Origin: an uncultured Azospirillum sp.
GTDB taxonomy: Bacteria; Pseudomonadota; Alphaproteobacteria; RF32; CAG-239
Direction of reading: 5' to 3'
Assembly: GCA_900539605.1 (NCBI GenBank)
Contig: UQCS01000002.1
Coordinates: 20,955 to 84,954 of the forward strand
DNA: 64,000 nucleotides
Shown here: one piece after another, positions 1 through 10,066 of the stretch
Position numbering within the stretch: position 1 is the stretch's first letter
Layout of the letters: each line of letters starts with the position of its first letter
Notes under the pieces: generated by a model
Told to the model about the DNA's origin: nothing
The model's input: only the letters and a program-made list of their open reading frames with translations
Database searches by the model: none
Translations under genes and position numbers: made by a program

Positions 1-284
1 TCCATAAACAAGCTGTTGTTCCATTGCCAGTTCGGCTGTTCGTATTCCAACACAAAGTCAAACACGCCTTTGATCATTGTTTTGCTGTCGGCACTGAGCT
101 GAGAGTTGGGATTGTCAACATATAAATCGGCATTTTTTACCTCGGTCGATGACATTTCCAACGCCACCCGCCGAAAATTCGCCCGCAAATTACTTTTTTC
201 GCCCTCTTCTGCCGCCGCTGTATTAAGTCCCAAAAAAACGCCGGAAAATAAAACCGCCGTCAACAAGTTATATTTGATAGTCAT
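1..284 (-). CDS. secreted/envelope protein of unknown function, partial (first 94 codons; 3' end lies left of window)
   Basis: ATG at 284-282 with GGAGG 4 nt upstream. The frame stays open to base 1, so it is absent from the ORF track. N-terminus MTIKYNLLTAVLFSGVFLGLNTAAA looks like a signal peptide. Confidence 0.5.
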   Translation of the reverse strand, partial: MTIKYNLLTAVLFSGVFLGLNTAAAEEGEKSNLRANFRRVALEMSSTEVKNADLYVDNPNSQLSADSKTMIKGVFDFVLEYEQPNWQWNNSLFM

Positions 285-424
285 GTAGCCTCCGCTGTCT
301 GTAAGTTCATTAGCACCTTAACGTATATAAAGAGAGAGTTCGCTTGACAAGTATAAAAATATGCAATACTAACAAGTTTTTAATCCGATCTTTTAATTTT
401 CGGTTTTATATTTGGAAAAACATT

Positions 425-964
425 ATGAACATAGACAAACTTGCTGAAGTCATCTGTACCCTCAAAGACACTCCCCGCAACGGCTGGATTCGCCGTGAGG
501 TCGAAAATCCGGAATCGGTTGCCGATCATTCTTACGGATTGTGCCTGCTGACTCTTATTTTGTGCCCGCCGGAACTCGACCGCCTGAAATGCCTTGAATT
601 TGCCATTGTGCACGATCTTGCGGAATCTGTCACCGGTGACTATACGCCCGGCGACCATATTGAACCGCAACAAAAATATGCCCTTGAGCTGAAGGCCATG
701 CAGGATATCGCCGCCAAAGCCAACTGCCCGCGTCTGGTCGACCTGTTTGTCGAATATGAGCGGCGCGACACCCCCGAAGCCGTGTTTGTCAAGAAAATGG
801 ATAAAATGGACGTAGTCCTGCAGGCACGCTATTATGATATGCACAACCGCAGCCGCTATTTTGACCGCAAAAGAGAGTGGACGTCACTGTTTGAAGAATA
901 TGAGAAGAATGCTCGCCCGATTCTCGGCGCTCTGTGGGAAGATTGTGATTTTTCTCAAAAATAA
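425..964 (+). CDS. HD-domain phosphohydrolase (YfbR-like 5'-nucleotidase family)
   Basis: Motifs ADHSYG and AIVHDLAESVTGDYTP (H...HD...D metal ligands). Start moved to the ATG at 425 (MNIDKLAEV), in frame with track ORF 344-964. Confidence 0.8.
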   Translation: MNIDKLAEVICTLKDTPRNGWIRREVENPESVADHSYGLCLLTLILCPPELDRLKCLEFAIVHDLAESVTGDYTPGDHIEPQQKYALELKAMQDIAAKANCPRLVDLFVEYERRDTPEAVFVKKMDKMDVVLQARYYDMHNRSRYFDRKREWTSLFEEYEKNARPILGALWEDCDFSQK

Positions 965-967
965 TGC

Positions 968-996
968 TTGACAATTGCACAAAATAACCTTAATAA
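968..996 (+). promoter_or_regulatory. sigma70-like promoter for the tRNA gene (TTGACA-17 nt-TAATAA)
   Basis: TTGACA at 968-973, 17-nt spacer, TAATAA at 991-996, about 15 nt upstream of the mature tRNA 5' end. Overlaps the HD gene stop codon. Confidence 0.5.
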
Positions 997-1011
997 ATGT
1001 GCTGTCACGAT

Positions 1012-1088
1012 GGCGGGGTAGCTCAGGTGGTTAGAGCAGCGGAATCATAATCCGCGTGTCGTTGGTTCGAATCCGACCCTCGCTACCA
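1012..1088 (+). tRNA. tRNA with CAT anticodon (elongator Met, or Ile2 if lysidinylated), CCA encoded
   Basis: Hand-folded cloverleaf: acceptor GGCGGGG/CCTCGCT, D arm GCTC/GAGC, anticodon arm GCGGA-ATCATAA-TCCGC, T arm GTTGG-TTCGAAT-CCGAC, A73, CCA. Confidence 0.9.
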
Positions 1089-1092
1089 TCAA

Positions 1093-1119
1093 AAAACCCT
1101 AGGGAAACCTAGGGTTTTT
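1093..1119. terminator. bidirectional rho-independent terminator between the tRNA (+) and the DUF378 gene (-)
   Basis: CCCTAGG-GAAA-CCTAGGG hairpin flanked by an A-run (5') and a T-run (3'). Confidence 0.7.
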
Positions 1120-1153
1120 ATTTGTTTAAATTTTACTTTGGAAGTATCGTTGT

Positions 1154-1369
1154 TTATTTGGTATCCGACAATCTGGTTACCGGAACAAACCACGAAAAAA
1201 TGAGTACCACCGCTGAAGCGCCGACCAAAATATATACGATACGGCTTAAAACGCTCAGAGGACCGAAAAGAAAAGCCACGGCGTCGAAGCCGAACAAACC
1301 GATCAGCCCCCAGTTCAAACCGCCGATAATGGTCAAAATCAAGGCAATATTGTAAATCAAATTATTCAT
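1154..1369 (-). CDS. DUF378 family small membrane protein
   Basis: 71 aa with two hydrophobic helices. IIGGLNWGLIGLFGFD...LSRIVYILVG matches my memory of the DUF378 (YuzA-like) signature. Confidence 0.75.
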   Translation of the reverse strand: MNNLIYNIALILTIIGGLNWGLIGLFGFDAVAFLFGPLSVLSRIVYILVGASAVVLIFSWFVPVTRLSDTK

Positions 1370-1494
1370 AACTTATCTCCTGTATGTTTTTTAATACTTT
1401 TATGATATTATAGCAGAAACTGATTTTTCAACATCCGCCGCCTAAAATACCTGATTTGGCGGCAAAAGCCGATGCAGCAGCGGCTTTTCCAAAC

Positions 1495-3819
1495 TTACTC
1501 GCTCAAAACCGGCCGCACCGTGACCCGAACAGCCGTAAAGCGTCCTTTGTCGTCGACTGCTTTTAGCTCCCACTCCCCTTGTCCAAGCTCCGTTTCCAGG
1601 CTTTCTCCGACATTGCAATCCCCGATCAGCGTTCCATCCCGAAACCAGAAAATGCGCCGGGCGTCAGCATCGGCAGAAGCTTTCAGCAAAAGTTTTTCCC
1701 TGCCGCCGCGGGCCAGACCGGTCAACAAAACACTGCCGTCGGCCGGATTTAATATTTGCGGTGCATTGCCGATGTGCGCGGTTTCGATCAAATCACAATC
1801 CTCACCGAATTCGGGCGGACGGCGCACCGCCACCCCTGCAGCACGATACGCCGCCAACACATCCGACGGCCAAAACTCAAAACTTTTCATCACTGTCCGC
1901 GGCGGCCGGTGACGGCAGGCCCTTTTTCCGGTAACGCGATCAACCGGAACCCGCCGTGATACGTTCGAAACCTTAATCCGGGTCACTCCGGGAATAAAAT
2001 AGGACTTGATCGTTTCCTGACAATCGGCATCGGCGATGTCACCGGTGGAACGGCAAACATCCGTTTGTGACAGATTAAGTCCCGCGGGTGAGATATCATC
2101 TCCGTTTATTCCCAAATTTTTGGCAAGACTGCGGACAATTTTGAAAAACAGCGGTGCGGCAGCGTCTTGTCCCGTCAAAGCCGGATTCGGCCGCCCGTCA
2201 AAATTGCCCAACCATACCACCACCACATAATCACCGGCTACACCCGCTGCCCAGGCATCGCGATAACCAAACGACGTTCCGGTTTTCCAATATACTTTAT
2301 AAAGGTCATGCACCGCGGCAAAAGCATAATAATCCCGATCCGCCGGAGGATTATGCCTTAACATATCCATAGTTAGAAAAGCCGCCTCGGGACTGAGCAG
2401 CAGCTTTCCGTCGTCTGTCTGAGCTTCCCTGCTCCATCTCAGTTTGCGAAAACGGCCGCCGCTCGCCAGCATTGCATACATCTCTGCCACATTTTCCATC
2501 GTTAGTTCATAACCGCCCAACGCCAGTGCCAGACCATAAAAATCGGCGTTTTTCAATCTCTTAATTTTGCTTTTTTTCAGCAACATATAATATTTTTCAA
2601 TTCCGATTTTCAAAAGCAATTCCACTGCCGGAACATTGCGACTTTTCACCAGCGCCGAAGTAGCATCCATCATTCCGTAAAACCGGCGATCATAATTTTC
2701 GGGCATATAATTAGCAAAATTGCGCGGTACGTCCTTCAAACGGCTGTGGGGATGAATAAGCCCCTGTTCCAGCGCCAGAGCATAAATAAACGGCTTCATC
2801 ACGGAACCCGGCGATCGAAAAGCCCGCGTACCGTCTACCTGGCCGTTAATCGCCGCATTAAAAAAACCAGCCGACCCCACTTTAGCCAACACGCTCATAT
2901 CCCGACGGTTAACAATCAGTGCCGCCGCGTTGTCAATGCCGTATTTTTTGCTTGCTTTAACATACCGCGAGACAATATCCTCCGTCATTTGCTGATAATT
3001 GAGGTCAATTGTAGCGAACACGCTGCCGCGCCGCTGCTTTTTAAGCTGTTGTACTAGATGCGGCGCCGCAAACGGCCGGTGAAGGCTGACTGCCGGCGGC
3101 ATGGCAGCCGATTTACCGTCATCGCCGTATTCTTTTTGCCATATTTTTGCCAGTCTTTGATAAGCTCGTACGGCTTCGCTTTTGCCGTCATGACGGCCCA
3201 GCCCTCTTTTTGAAGGATTTTGCGGAATAACCGTCAATGTCATGATCTGATCGCGATTCAGCTTTTCAGGAACGGTTTCAAAATAAATTTGCGCGGCGGC
3301 AGCAATGCCTTCAATATTCATGCCATAGGGCGCCAAATTAAAATAGGCTTCCAGAATTTCCTGCTTGGAATAGAACATTTCAATCTGCAATGCACGCAAA
3401 ATCTGTTCAAATTTACCGCTGAGAGTTGACGAATCGATGCCATACACCATTCGGGCCAGCTGCATCGTAATTGTCGATGCCCCCTGTTTGCGTGCACCAG
3501 CCAGCATCAGCAACGCCGATTTAACCGTCCGCAGCGGATTTACCCCGAAATGAAAAAAGAAATAACGATCTTCATAAAGCAACAACGCTTTTACCGCTTC
3601 CGGCGGAATTTGCCGGTAAGAAACACGCAACCGGTATTTGTCGTCCATACTGAGTCCCAAATGCAGCAAACGACCGTTACAATCATAGACAGCCGTGGAA
3701 TAAGTATATTTTTCCAACAGTTCCGGCCGCGGCACCGCTACATAAAGGGCAGCGGCAACAACCACTGTTACAACTGCCCCCAGCAATATCTTCCGAAGAA
3801 TTTGCTTATGGTTCCACAT
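1495..3819 (-). CDS. pbpC: penicillin-binding protein 1C (bifunctional transglycosylase/transpeptidase)
   Basis: GT51 motifs EDRYFFFHFGVNP and STITMQLAR. Transpeptidase motifs SVMK, SRN and KTGT. Start moved to MWNHKQ (3819), overlapping the upstream A2M gene end by 14 nt. Confidence 0.9.
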   Translation of the reverse strand: MWNHKQILRKILLGAVVTVVVAAALYVAVPRPELLEKYTYSTAVYDCNGRLLHLGLSMDDKYRLRVSYRQIPPEAVKALLLYEDRYFFFHFGVNPLRTVKSALLMLAGARKQGASTITMQLARMVYGIDSSTLSGKFEQILRALQIEMFYSKQEILEAYFNLAPYGMNIEGIAAAAQIYFETVPEKLNRDQIMTLTVIPQNPSKRGLGRHDGKSEAVRAYQRLAKIWQKEYGDDGKSAAMPPAVSLHRPFAAPHLVQQLKKQRRGSVFATIDLNYQQMTEDIVSRYVKASKKYGIDNAAALIVNRRDMSVLAKVGSAGFFNAAINGQVDGTRAFRSPGSVMKPFIYALALEQGLIHPHSRLKDVPRNFANYMPENYDRRFYGMMDATSALVKSRNVPAVELLLKIGIEKYYMLLKKSKIKRLKNADFYGLALALGGYELTMENVAEMYAMLASGGRFRKLRWSREAQTDDGKLLLSPEAAFLTMDMLRHNPPADRDYYAFAAVHDLYKVYWKTGTSFGYRDAWAAGVAGDYVVVVWLGNFDGRPNPALTGQDAAAPLFFKIVRSLAKNLGINGDDISPAGLNLSQTDVCRSTGDIADADCQETIKSYFIPGVTRIKVSNVSRRVPVDRVTGKRACRHRPPRTVMKSFEFWPSDVLAAYRAAGVAVRRPPEFGEDCDLIETAHIGNAPQILNPADGSVLLTGLARGGREKLLLKASADADARRIFWFRDGTLIGDCNVGESLETELGQGEWELKAVDDKGRFTAVRVTVRPVLSE

Positions 3820-6800
3820 TGATCCGGTCTGCTTTGGAGTTCGCACGCACGGCCGGATCATATAAAGCCTCGGCAACCACAGACGGTACAACAAAACTTC
3901 CCCGTGCAATCACTTTGGTTTTATAAGTCACTGTTTTGGCCGACGGTGACGCCGTCAGATACACCAGCGCCCGATCCTCACGCAGTTCATAGTTATCCGT
4001 TTCTCCCCTAAGCGAGTTTTGCACCATCTCCAAGCATCCGGGTATCAAATCAACGATCGCTACATCGTTAATATACTTGCCGTTTTGGCTGCGGATTTCC
4101 AAAACCACCGTAATTTCATCGCCAATTTCAGCTTTTTGCAAGCGCTCACCGTCTTTGTTAAGATAGGTCTTGCTGATTTCCAGCCCTTGCAAAAGCGGCT
4201 TGTCAATCGGGTCTTTCAAAAAGCCGTTTTCGCTGATCACATAGTAAAACGGTCGGTCGGAAGCAACTTCCAATTCTTTGACCGAAGCATCCAGCGAAAA
4301 ACGGGCAAAACCTTTTCCCTGATACTTTACACCGTTAAACAAAATATCATTATCAGTATCGCGGCGTCCGACCGCATTCAATGCCAACAACGCATTTCCG
4401 GCCGAAGCAGTGGTAAAGTTGCCCTGCTTTAACGGTTTCAGCAACGCCTCAATACTCTCCTGCTCCAGGCTTTTGAGATCATCGGGAAAATGAACCGCCG
4501 TCAGATAAATATAGCGGGCATCTTTTATCGCATTCCGTCCGGTTTCATAATAACCGGTCAGTTGCCGCGCTTTGACGTCGTTTTGCAGCAGTTTATAAGA
4601 AGCGGCCAAATAAACCGATGCCAGCGAAGAACGCGCCTGAGAAGAATCCGGCAATCGGAGATACCGTTCAATTTGTGTCAGATATCCCGAGGTCATTTCC
4701 CCGTTTAACGTCAACAAATAAGCCGCATAAGCCGGATTGTCATCCATGTCTCCCAGTACAGGACGCGCGGCCACATTGCGCGCATACTGCAACGCTTTGT
4801 TCAGCAACGAAGCCGGAACCTCAAGGTTGTTTTTGCGTGCCGAAAGCAAAAAATGCAGAGCATAGAGGCTGTCATACTCTCTGGCCTGCGCCCACTCGGA
4901 AGACCAGGCTTTAAAACTCCCCTCCAGCGTTTGCCGTTCCGTCAACTTGGCCAAAACGTCGTCATAAAGCGCGTAGATATCCACGTCTTTCAACAATTCC
5001 GGCTTGTTAAAGAATATTTCCATTGCCGGAAACACCTTACTGACCGACTGTTCGGTGCAAAAATGCGGAAAGGCGTTCAAGAATGTCAGCAACCCTTGTG
5101 TCAGCACCAACGGCGAAGCCGATGCAACAACTTCCTGAGAACGATATTCTTCAAACATCGGCCGCACAAAATCTTTCAGCTTCAGGCGACCGGCGGCAAA
5201 CCCCATTTTATTCTCAGAAACAAACGAACTTGCCGGACGTATCCCCACTTCGTAAGAAATCCGGGACGACTGATCGCTGTTATCACGGTTGGCCGCGCTG
5301 AACACCAGCGGCACCGATCCCAGACGTTCACCGCTCTTAACCTTAAAATGCGCTTGCCCTTCTTCTCCATAAGCCAACTTCAGAATCTGAACGTCGTTGC
5401 CGATAACTTCCAGTCCCTGCCCCGCCATCAGACGCACTTCCACCGGAATCGCCGGTGAATTCTCCGTCATGTTGGCAACACTGACGGCAGCGTCGAAAAC
5501 ATCTCCCGGCGAAACGTTATAAGCGCCGGAAGGAACCAGCGCGAAGTCTCCGCGCACAGCCGTCTGCCGTTCCGCTTCTCCCATCCGCTGTTCGGAAACA
5601 CCGACCGCCATAATTTTAATTTCGCCGTTAAAGTTTTCGGGAACCTGATAAGTGTAAGTCCGGGGTGTCGTTTCAACCGGCACAATTCCGCTCCAGAAAA
5701 CCACCGGACGGTTCTGCTTGCGGGCAAACGGATTAACCCGCAAATCGGGTTTAGCACCCATTTCCACATCGCCGCCGATTCCTTTCAAATAACGTACGAT
5801 TTTGATATCGGGCAAAATCAGGTCAAGAATTTGCGAAGTCACCACCTGCAGCGCTTTCTTTTGGATAAAATAGTTCAACGGCTGCGGCATTTGGTAACGG
5901 GCCACTTGTAAAATACCGGTATTGACACCGTAAATGATCACTTCGCCCGGATAATCCGCCTGATATTCAATCGTCAGTTCGCGTCCGGGTTTTACCGTTG
6001 CCGGTGCATTCAGACCGATCCTGAGGCGGCGTGCCGCTTTGTTGATCGAAAACGGAACCACGGCATAACTCAGCGGTGAAACGAAAATCTTGTCGGAATC
6101 GAGACTCCGGATCCACGAAACATTGATGTAAGCGTTCCCCTCTATTCCCTGCGGCAGTTCAATCTCCTGCGTCGTGGACGAGGTCTCGGATTTGAACCAT
6201 TTGTAAGCATACACTTTTTCCCGTTCAATCGTGATCAGTCCATAACCGGAATACGGCGCCGATATTTGCATCTGAATCTGCTCGCCGTCGTTATATTCGC
6301 TGCGATTCAGCTTAATCTCCAGCCCGGCTTCAGTATCGACAGCATAAGTCGAATTCGTGTCTCCGGTCACGCTGTAATCGATCCGCATCACAATATTTCC
6401 GTCCGCATCTTCCGCCTGCAAGTAATAGTCGCCCGGTACTTCGGTATTGAGGATATAGCTGCTGCCACCGGCATCAATCGAAAAATCCTCGCTTTTGAGT
6501 TTCTTTTCTACCGGAACCGCTTTGTAACGATAGGTACGGTCCGGCATCTGAACCAGACTGGAAACATATTCGCGCTGATACAGACTCAGTTTCAAATTAT
6601 TGAGGGCAATCGGCTGCAGAGAGGAATCAACTGCCACCAACTGCAGCTGACGAACCGAAGACTTGTAGATATAGTTCAAGGCACCGTCGTCCTTAAAACC
6701 GACCAGATAGGCATTCGGTGACACCAGTATTCCCGCCGATGCCGACACACCGCGGCCTCCGGTCAGTTCCAACCCGTCAACGTTGATATTCAAACGATAA

Positions 6801-9331
6801 GTTCCTTCAGTATATTCATTAAGGTCAATCGACAGTGAAGCTTGGCCGTCGGCATCGGTTTCAACCTCGGGAAGCGTTTTTTGGTAACTTGCCAGACCAG
6901 CTCCCTCGACACGTAACGGATCACGAAAATGATAGCCCTCAAATTCCTTAAACGAGAAAGAAGCCGGAACCAGCGTATAATTTCCCTTTACCTTATGACC
7001 CGACGCCGGATTGCCATAAAGGTTCTGCAGATCGACCGTTGCCCGCACATCTTTCTTCCGGTACCAGCCTTTGACCGGCGCGTCTTTCAGCTTGAGTTTT
7101 ATCCGCATTGTATCGGGCATAAATTCCTGAACGCTGAAACTGACCGAAGCCACAGGATAATATTCGTTATTTCCGCGAATTTGCCGAAGATTAAGGCTGT
7201 AACGCCCCAACCCTGCCGTTTGCGGAACCGGATATTTGTATTCTATCAGGCCAAATTTGTCGGGCCAGACTTTTTTCTCGGCCACTTTATCATCGTTTTG
7301 ATTGCGAATTTCCAAACTCATCGGCAGATTCTGCGGTATACTGAGATCTTTTTGCCGGACGATCAGCCCGAAATAAGCTTCTTCGCCGGGACGGTAGATT
7401 CCGCGGTCGGAAAAACCATAAGCGGAAACAATATCTTTGGGCATATAATAATCATCATAAACGCCGCCGACGTCAAAACGCGAAACATCGGTACGGCGAT
7501 CGTAACGATTGACCGGCAAATAAGAAAGGTCCCCCTGTCGGCTTACTTTATAAACAACTGCCTGCTTGTCATTGCGAAATGCCGAAAAATCGGGAATTTC
7601 CGTAAAACCCTGCGCATCGGTATATCCGGAAACGACCGGGCGTCCGTTTTTGCCCAACACTTCTACCAACGCACCTTCAACCGGCCCTTCGCCGGCAATC
7701 GAAGAAACCAAAACCGCATGCGTGCCGTCAGCATTGTCTTTGACAATAATGCCCAGGTCGGTAATAACGATCAGTCGCGAGTCTTCCGCGGTTGTAGCCG
7801 ATTGACGCAAGCTTCCGCTCACCTTAACCAGAAAAATGCCTTTTTTGTCCTGAAAATATTCACCGAGGTCAAGTGACGAATAAACCTGATCTGCCGGATG
7901 CTGCAAATTAATGCTCAATTCTTTTTCAAAAACTTCGGCAATGTTGTCTTCGTTAAAACTGTAACGGTTAATAAAATAAGGCGTCGCAAAATTGCCGCCG
8001 GTCTGAGTCACCAGATGATTGAGGTTGTCGGAAGCAATCCGCGCCACTTTGACTTTCAGCTTATCTGCCCCGCGCGAAACCAACGGCAGATTCTTATCAC
8101 TTTTAAGCGGAAGAACCGCACCGTCAAAAGCTATTCCGGCTTCAACCGGGTATGCCGGCGCCGGAAGGAAGTAAACTTCGTCGCTTCCGAGCTTATACCC
8201 TTCTTCGGAACGGATATTCCGCTTAATCAGCACGACCAGACAACGCGGTTCACCACTGTAATCATACCGGAAATTATATGTCTTAGCTGCCTTTTGTCCC
8301 GAATCGATCCGATTCAATTTTAATTTCGAAAAGGCCGAAACAAATGCTGTTTTCTCGTTCTCTTTCTTTTTGGCCAGCTTTGATTGCAAATTGCCGCAAT
8401 AGCTTTCATCACTGACATACAACTCAATATTGGCCTTTGTTTCTTCGCTGCTGACCGCGGTCGAAAACTCTGTCAGCAAAATCTGCTCCGGCCGGTTTTC
8501 TTTTTGCTCATTGCGAACTATACGACTGTCTATCGACGTCACTTTGAAAAAATCGGAAATTCCCGGCACCGAAACCACCGCCCGTACCACAGTCTGCAAT
8601 TTGTGATCGTTATAGGCGTTGGCAACCTTACCTACTTCGATATTGATAAAATCGGCGTCTTTCTTTATCGTCACCGGAGAAGACATTACATGCAGCTTGT
8701 GATCTTGGTCAGTCAGATTATAAGTGAAATCATATTTTTCGCCGTTGTCCGAATAAACCCGGATTTGTTTCTGAAGATCTTTGGTTTGCAGCGGATAGGT
8801 AAAGGAAAAAGTAGCCACCGCATGTTTAGAACGCACATCTTGGGGCGATTCGTAAAATTCCTTATTTTCCGTTGTTGCCCGAAAGTTGGGGGCTTGGAAA
8901 GAAAAAGTCCGGTCTTTTAAAACAATCCCGTCGCTCAGAATGCTGTCGGCAATCCTTACCGTATATTCGGCAGCGGGAATCCAATCGGCGGAAGGCGTCA
9001 GCCGCAAAGCGCGGTCGTTGAGCAAAGACCAGCTGCCCTTAACCGGCGGATTAACCGTTAACCCCCGGTTCAATTCTTCTCCGCTCAACCCCAGCTTAAA
9101 CGCTGCATCACTGAAATAGGCTTCAACCGTATCCACGACAACCCCGTCATCACGAACAGTCGTATACATCGGACTTGAAACCGAATGTATGGAAACCTCT
9201 GTCGGCTGTTTTTCGTGCAGAGTGTAACTTTTAGGCGTTAAGTACAAATAAACGGCGCCGGCAGACAAACCCAGAAAGGCGGTTGCGGCTCCGATAATTA
9301 AAAAAATTTTTGATGAAAAAAGCTTTTCCAT
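3806..9331 (-). CDS. bacterial alpha-2-macroglobulin family protein (thioester-containing, YfhM-like)
   Basis: 1841 aa. Thioester motif CTEQ is encoded at 5048-5059. N-terminal hydrophobic anchor (IFLIIGAATAFLGLSAGAV). Sits immediately upstream of pbpC, the classical pairing. Confidence 0.9.
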   Translation of the reverse strand: MEKLFSSKIFLIIGAATAFLGLSAGAVYLYLTPKSYTLHEKQPTEVSIHSVSSPMYTTVRDDGVVVDTVEAYFSDAAFKLGLSGEELNRGLTVNPPVKGSWSLLNDRALRLTPSADWIPAAEYTVRIADSILSDGIVLKDRTFSFQAPNFRATTENKEFYESPQDVRSKHAVATFSFTYPLQTKDLQKQIRVYSDNGEKYDFTYNLTDQDHKLHVMSSPVTIKKDADFINIEVGKVANAYNDHKLQTVVRAVVSVPGISDFFKVTSIDSRIVRNEQKENRPEQILLTEFSTAVSSEETKANIELYVSDESYCGNLQSKLAKKKENEKTAFVSAFSKLKLNRIDSGQKAAKTYNFRYDYSGEPRCLVVLIKRNIRSEEGYKLGSDEVYFLPAPAYPVEAGIAFDGAVLPLKSDKNLPLVSRGADKLKVKVARIASDNLNHLVTQTGGNFATPYFINRYSFNEDNIAEVFEKELSINLQHPADQVYSSLDLGEYFQDKKGIFLVKVSGSLRQSATTAEDSRLIVITDLGIIVKDNADGTHAVLVSSIAGEGPVEGALVEVLGKNGRPVVSGYTDAQGFTEIPDFSAFRNDKQAVVYKVSRQGDLSYLPVNRYDRRTDVSRFDVGGVYDDYYMPKDIVSAYGFSDRGIYRPGEEAYFGLIVRQKDLSIPQNLPMSLEIRNQNDDKVAEKKVWPDKFGLIEYKYPVPQTAGLGRYSLNLRQIRGNNEYYPVASVSFSVQEFMPDTMRIKLKLKDAPVKGWYRKKDVRATVDLQNLYGNPASGHKVKGNYTLVPASFSFKEFEGYHFRDPLRVEGAGLASYQKTLPEVETDADGQASLSIDLNEYTEGTYRLNINVDGLELTGGRGVSASAGILVSPNAYLVGFKDDGALNYIYKSSVRQLQLVAVDSSLQPIALNNLKLSLYQREYVSSLVQMPDRTYRYKAVPVEKKLKSEDFSIDAGGSSYILNTEVPGDYYLQAEDADGNIVMRIDYSVTGDTNSTYAVDTEAGLEIKLNRSEYNDGEQIQMQISAPYSGYGLITIEREKVYAYKWFKSETSSTTQEIELPQGIEGNAYINVSWIRSLDSDKIFVSPLSYAVVPFSINKAARRLRIGLNAPATVKPGRELTIEYQADYPGEVIIYGVNTGILQVARYQMPQPLNYFIQKKALQVVTSQILDLILPDIKIVRYLKGIGGDVEMGAKPDLRVNPFARKQNRPVVFWSGIVPVETTPRTYTYQVPENFNGEIKIMAVGVSEQRMGEAERQTAVRGDFALVPSGAYNVSPGDVFDAAVSVANMTENSPAIPVEVRLMAGQGLEVIGNDVQILKLAYGEEGQAHFKVKSGERLGSVPLVFSAANRDNSDQSSRISYEVGIRPASSFVSENKMGFAAGRLKLKDFVRPMFEEYRSQEVVASASPLVLTQGLLTFLNAFPHFCTEQSVSKVFPAMEIFFNKPELLKDVDIYALYDDVLAKLTERQTLEGSFKAWSSEWAQAREYDSLYALHFLLSARKNNLEVPASLLNKALQYARNVAARPVLGDMDDNPAYAAYLLTLNGEMTSGYLTQIERYLRLPDSSQARSSLASVYLAASYKLLQNDVKARQLTGYYETGRNAIKDARYIYLTAVHFPDDLKSLEQESIEALLKPLKQGNFTTASAGNALLALNAVGRRDTDNDILFNGVKYQGKGFARFSLDASVKELEVASDRPFYYVISENGFLKDPIDKPLLQGLEISKTYLNKDGERLQKAEIGDEITVVLEIRSQNGKYINDVAIVDLIPGCLEMVQNSLRGETDNYELREDRALVYLTASPSAKTVTYKTKVIARGSFVVPSVVAEALYDPAVRANSKADRINVEP

Positions 9332-9437
9332 GACAGGTTTCCTTACAGTTGGCTGACCCTGTCATAATACACCTGCCATCCGGCGTGGCAAATAAATTAT
9401 TGCACTTATTTACAATACTTACCGGCTCTTCGCCTTT

Positions 9438-9998
9438 TTACAAATAAGGAGTTAAATCGAACACCGCCGTATTTTCCCACACCGGCTGCTGCTCAAATAC
9501 CGGCAGTTCCGGCGACAGCTTATGCAAACGCAGCATCACCGCCCGCATAAAGTTCCCATGACTGAAAACGACCACATTACGCTTACGCAGCTTTCGTAAA
9601 CGGGTCAACATATCATCAACCCGTGACAACATTTGGTTGAAGGATTCGGCATCGCGTCCGTCAACATAATCGGGATCGTTACGGGCAAAATACGCTTCCA
9701 CCCACGGAAGCCTTTCTTCCTGAGTGGTATTGTTACAATGTTCTGCATCCAAAAATGAAAACTCCTGCACCGGCCAAATTTCAACCGATGTCTCAGGATA
9801 TTTTTCCAACAACGGCGCCGCTGTCTGCTGCGTACGCACAAACGGCGAAACAACAATCAGATCCGGTTGGAAGTTCAGCTTTTCGGCAAGAGCCAGCGCC
9901 TGTTTTTTCCCGTCTTCCGACAATACGGCACCGCCGTGACTCGAGGTTCGGGCACCGGCATTGCTGACACTTTCCGCATGTCGGATCATATATATCAT
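9438..9998 (-). CDS. histidine phosphatase family protein (phosphoglycerate mutase-like)
   Basis: N-terminal RHAES (RHG-type catalytic motif) and a later SHGNF. GGGAGGA RBS 8 nt upstream of the ATG at 9998. Confidence 0.75.
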   Translation of the reverse strand: MIYMIRHAESVSNAGARTSSHGGAVLSEDGKKQALALAEKLNFQPDLIVVSPFVRTQQTAAPLLEKYPETSVEIWPVQEFSFLDAEHCNNTTQEERLPWVEAYFARNDPDYVDGRDAESFNQMLSRVDDMLTRLRKLRKRNVVVFSHGNFMRAVMLRLHKLSPELPVFEQQPVWENTAVFDLTPYL

Positions 9999-10066
9999 TG
10001 TTGGTTCCTCCCTTTAATGCTTCTGAAGCGTTTTCATTCCATCCGTCTGTCGTTCAGGCGCCGTTT

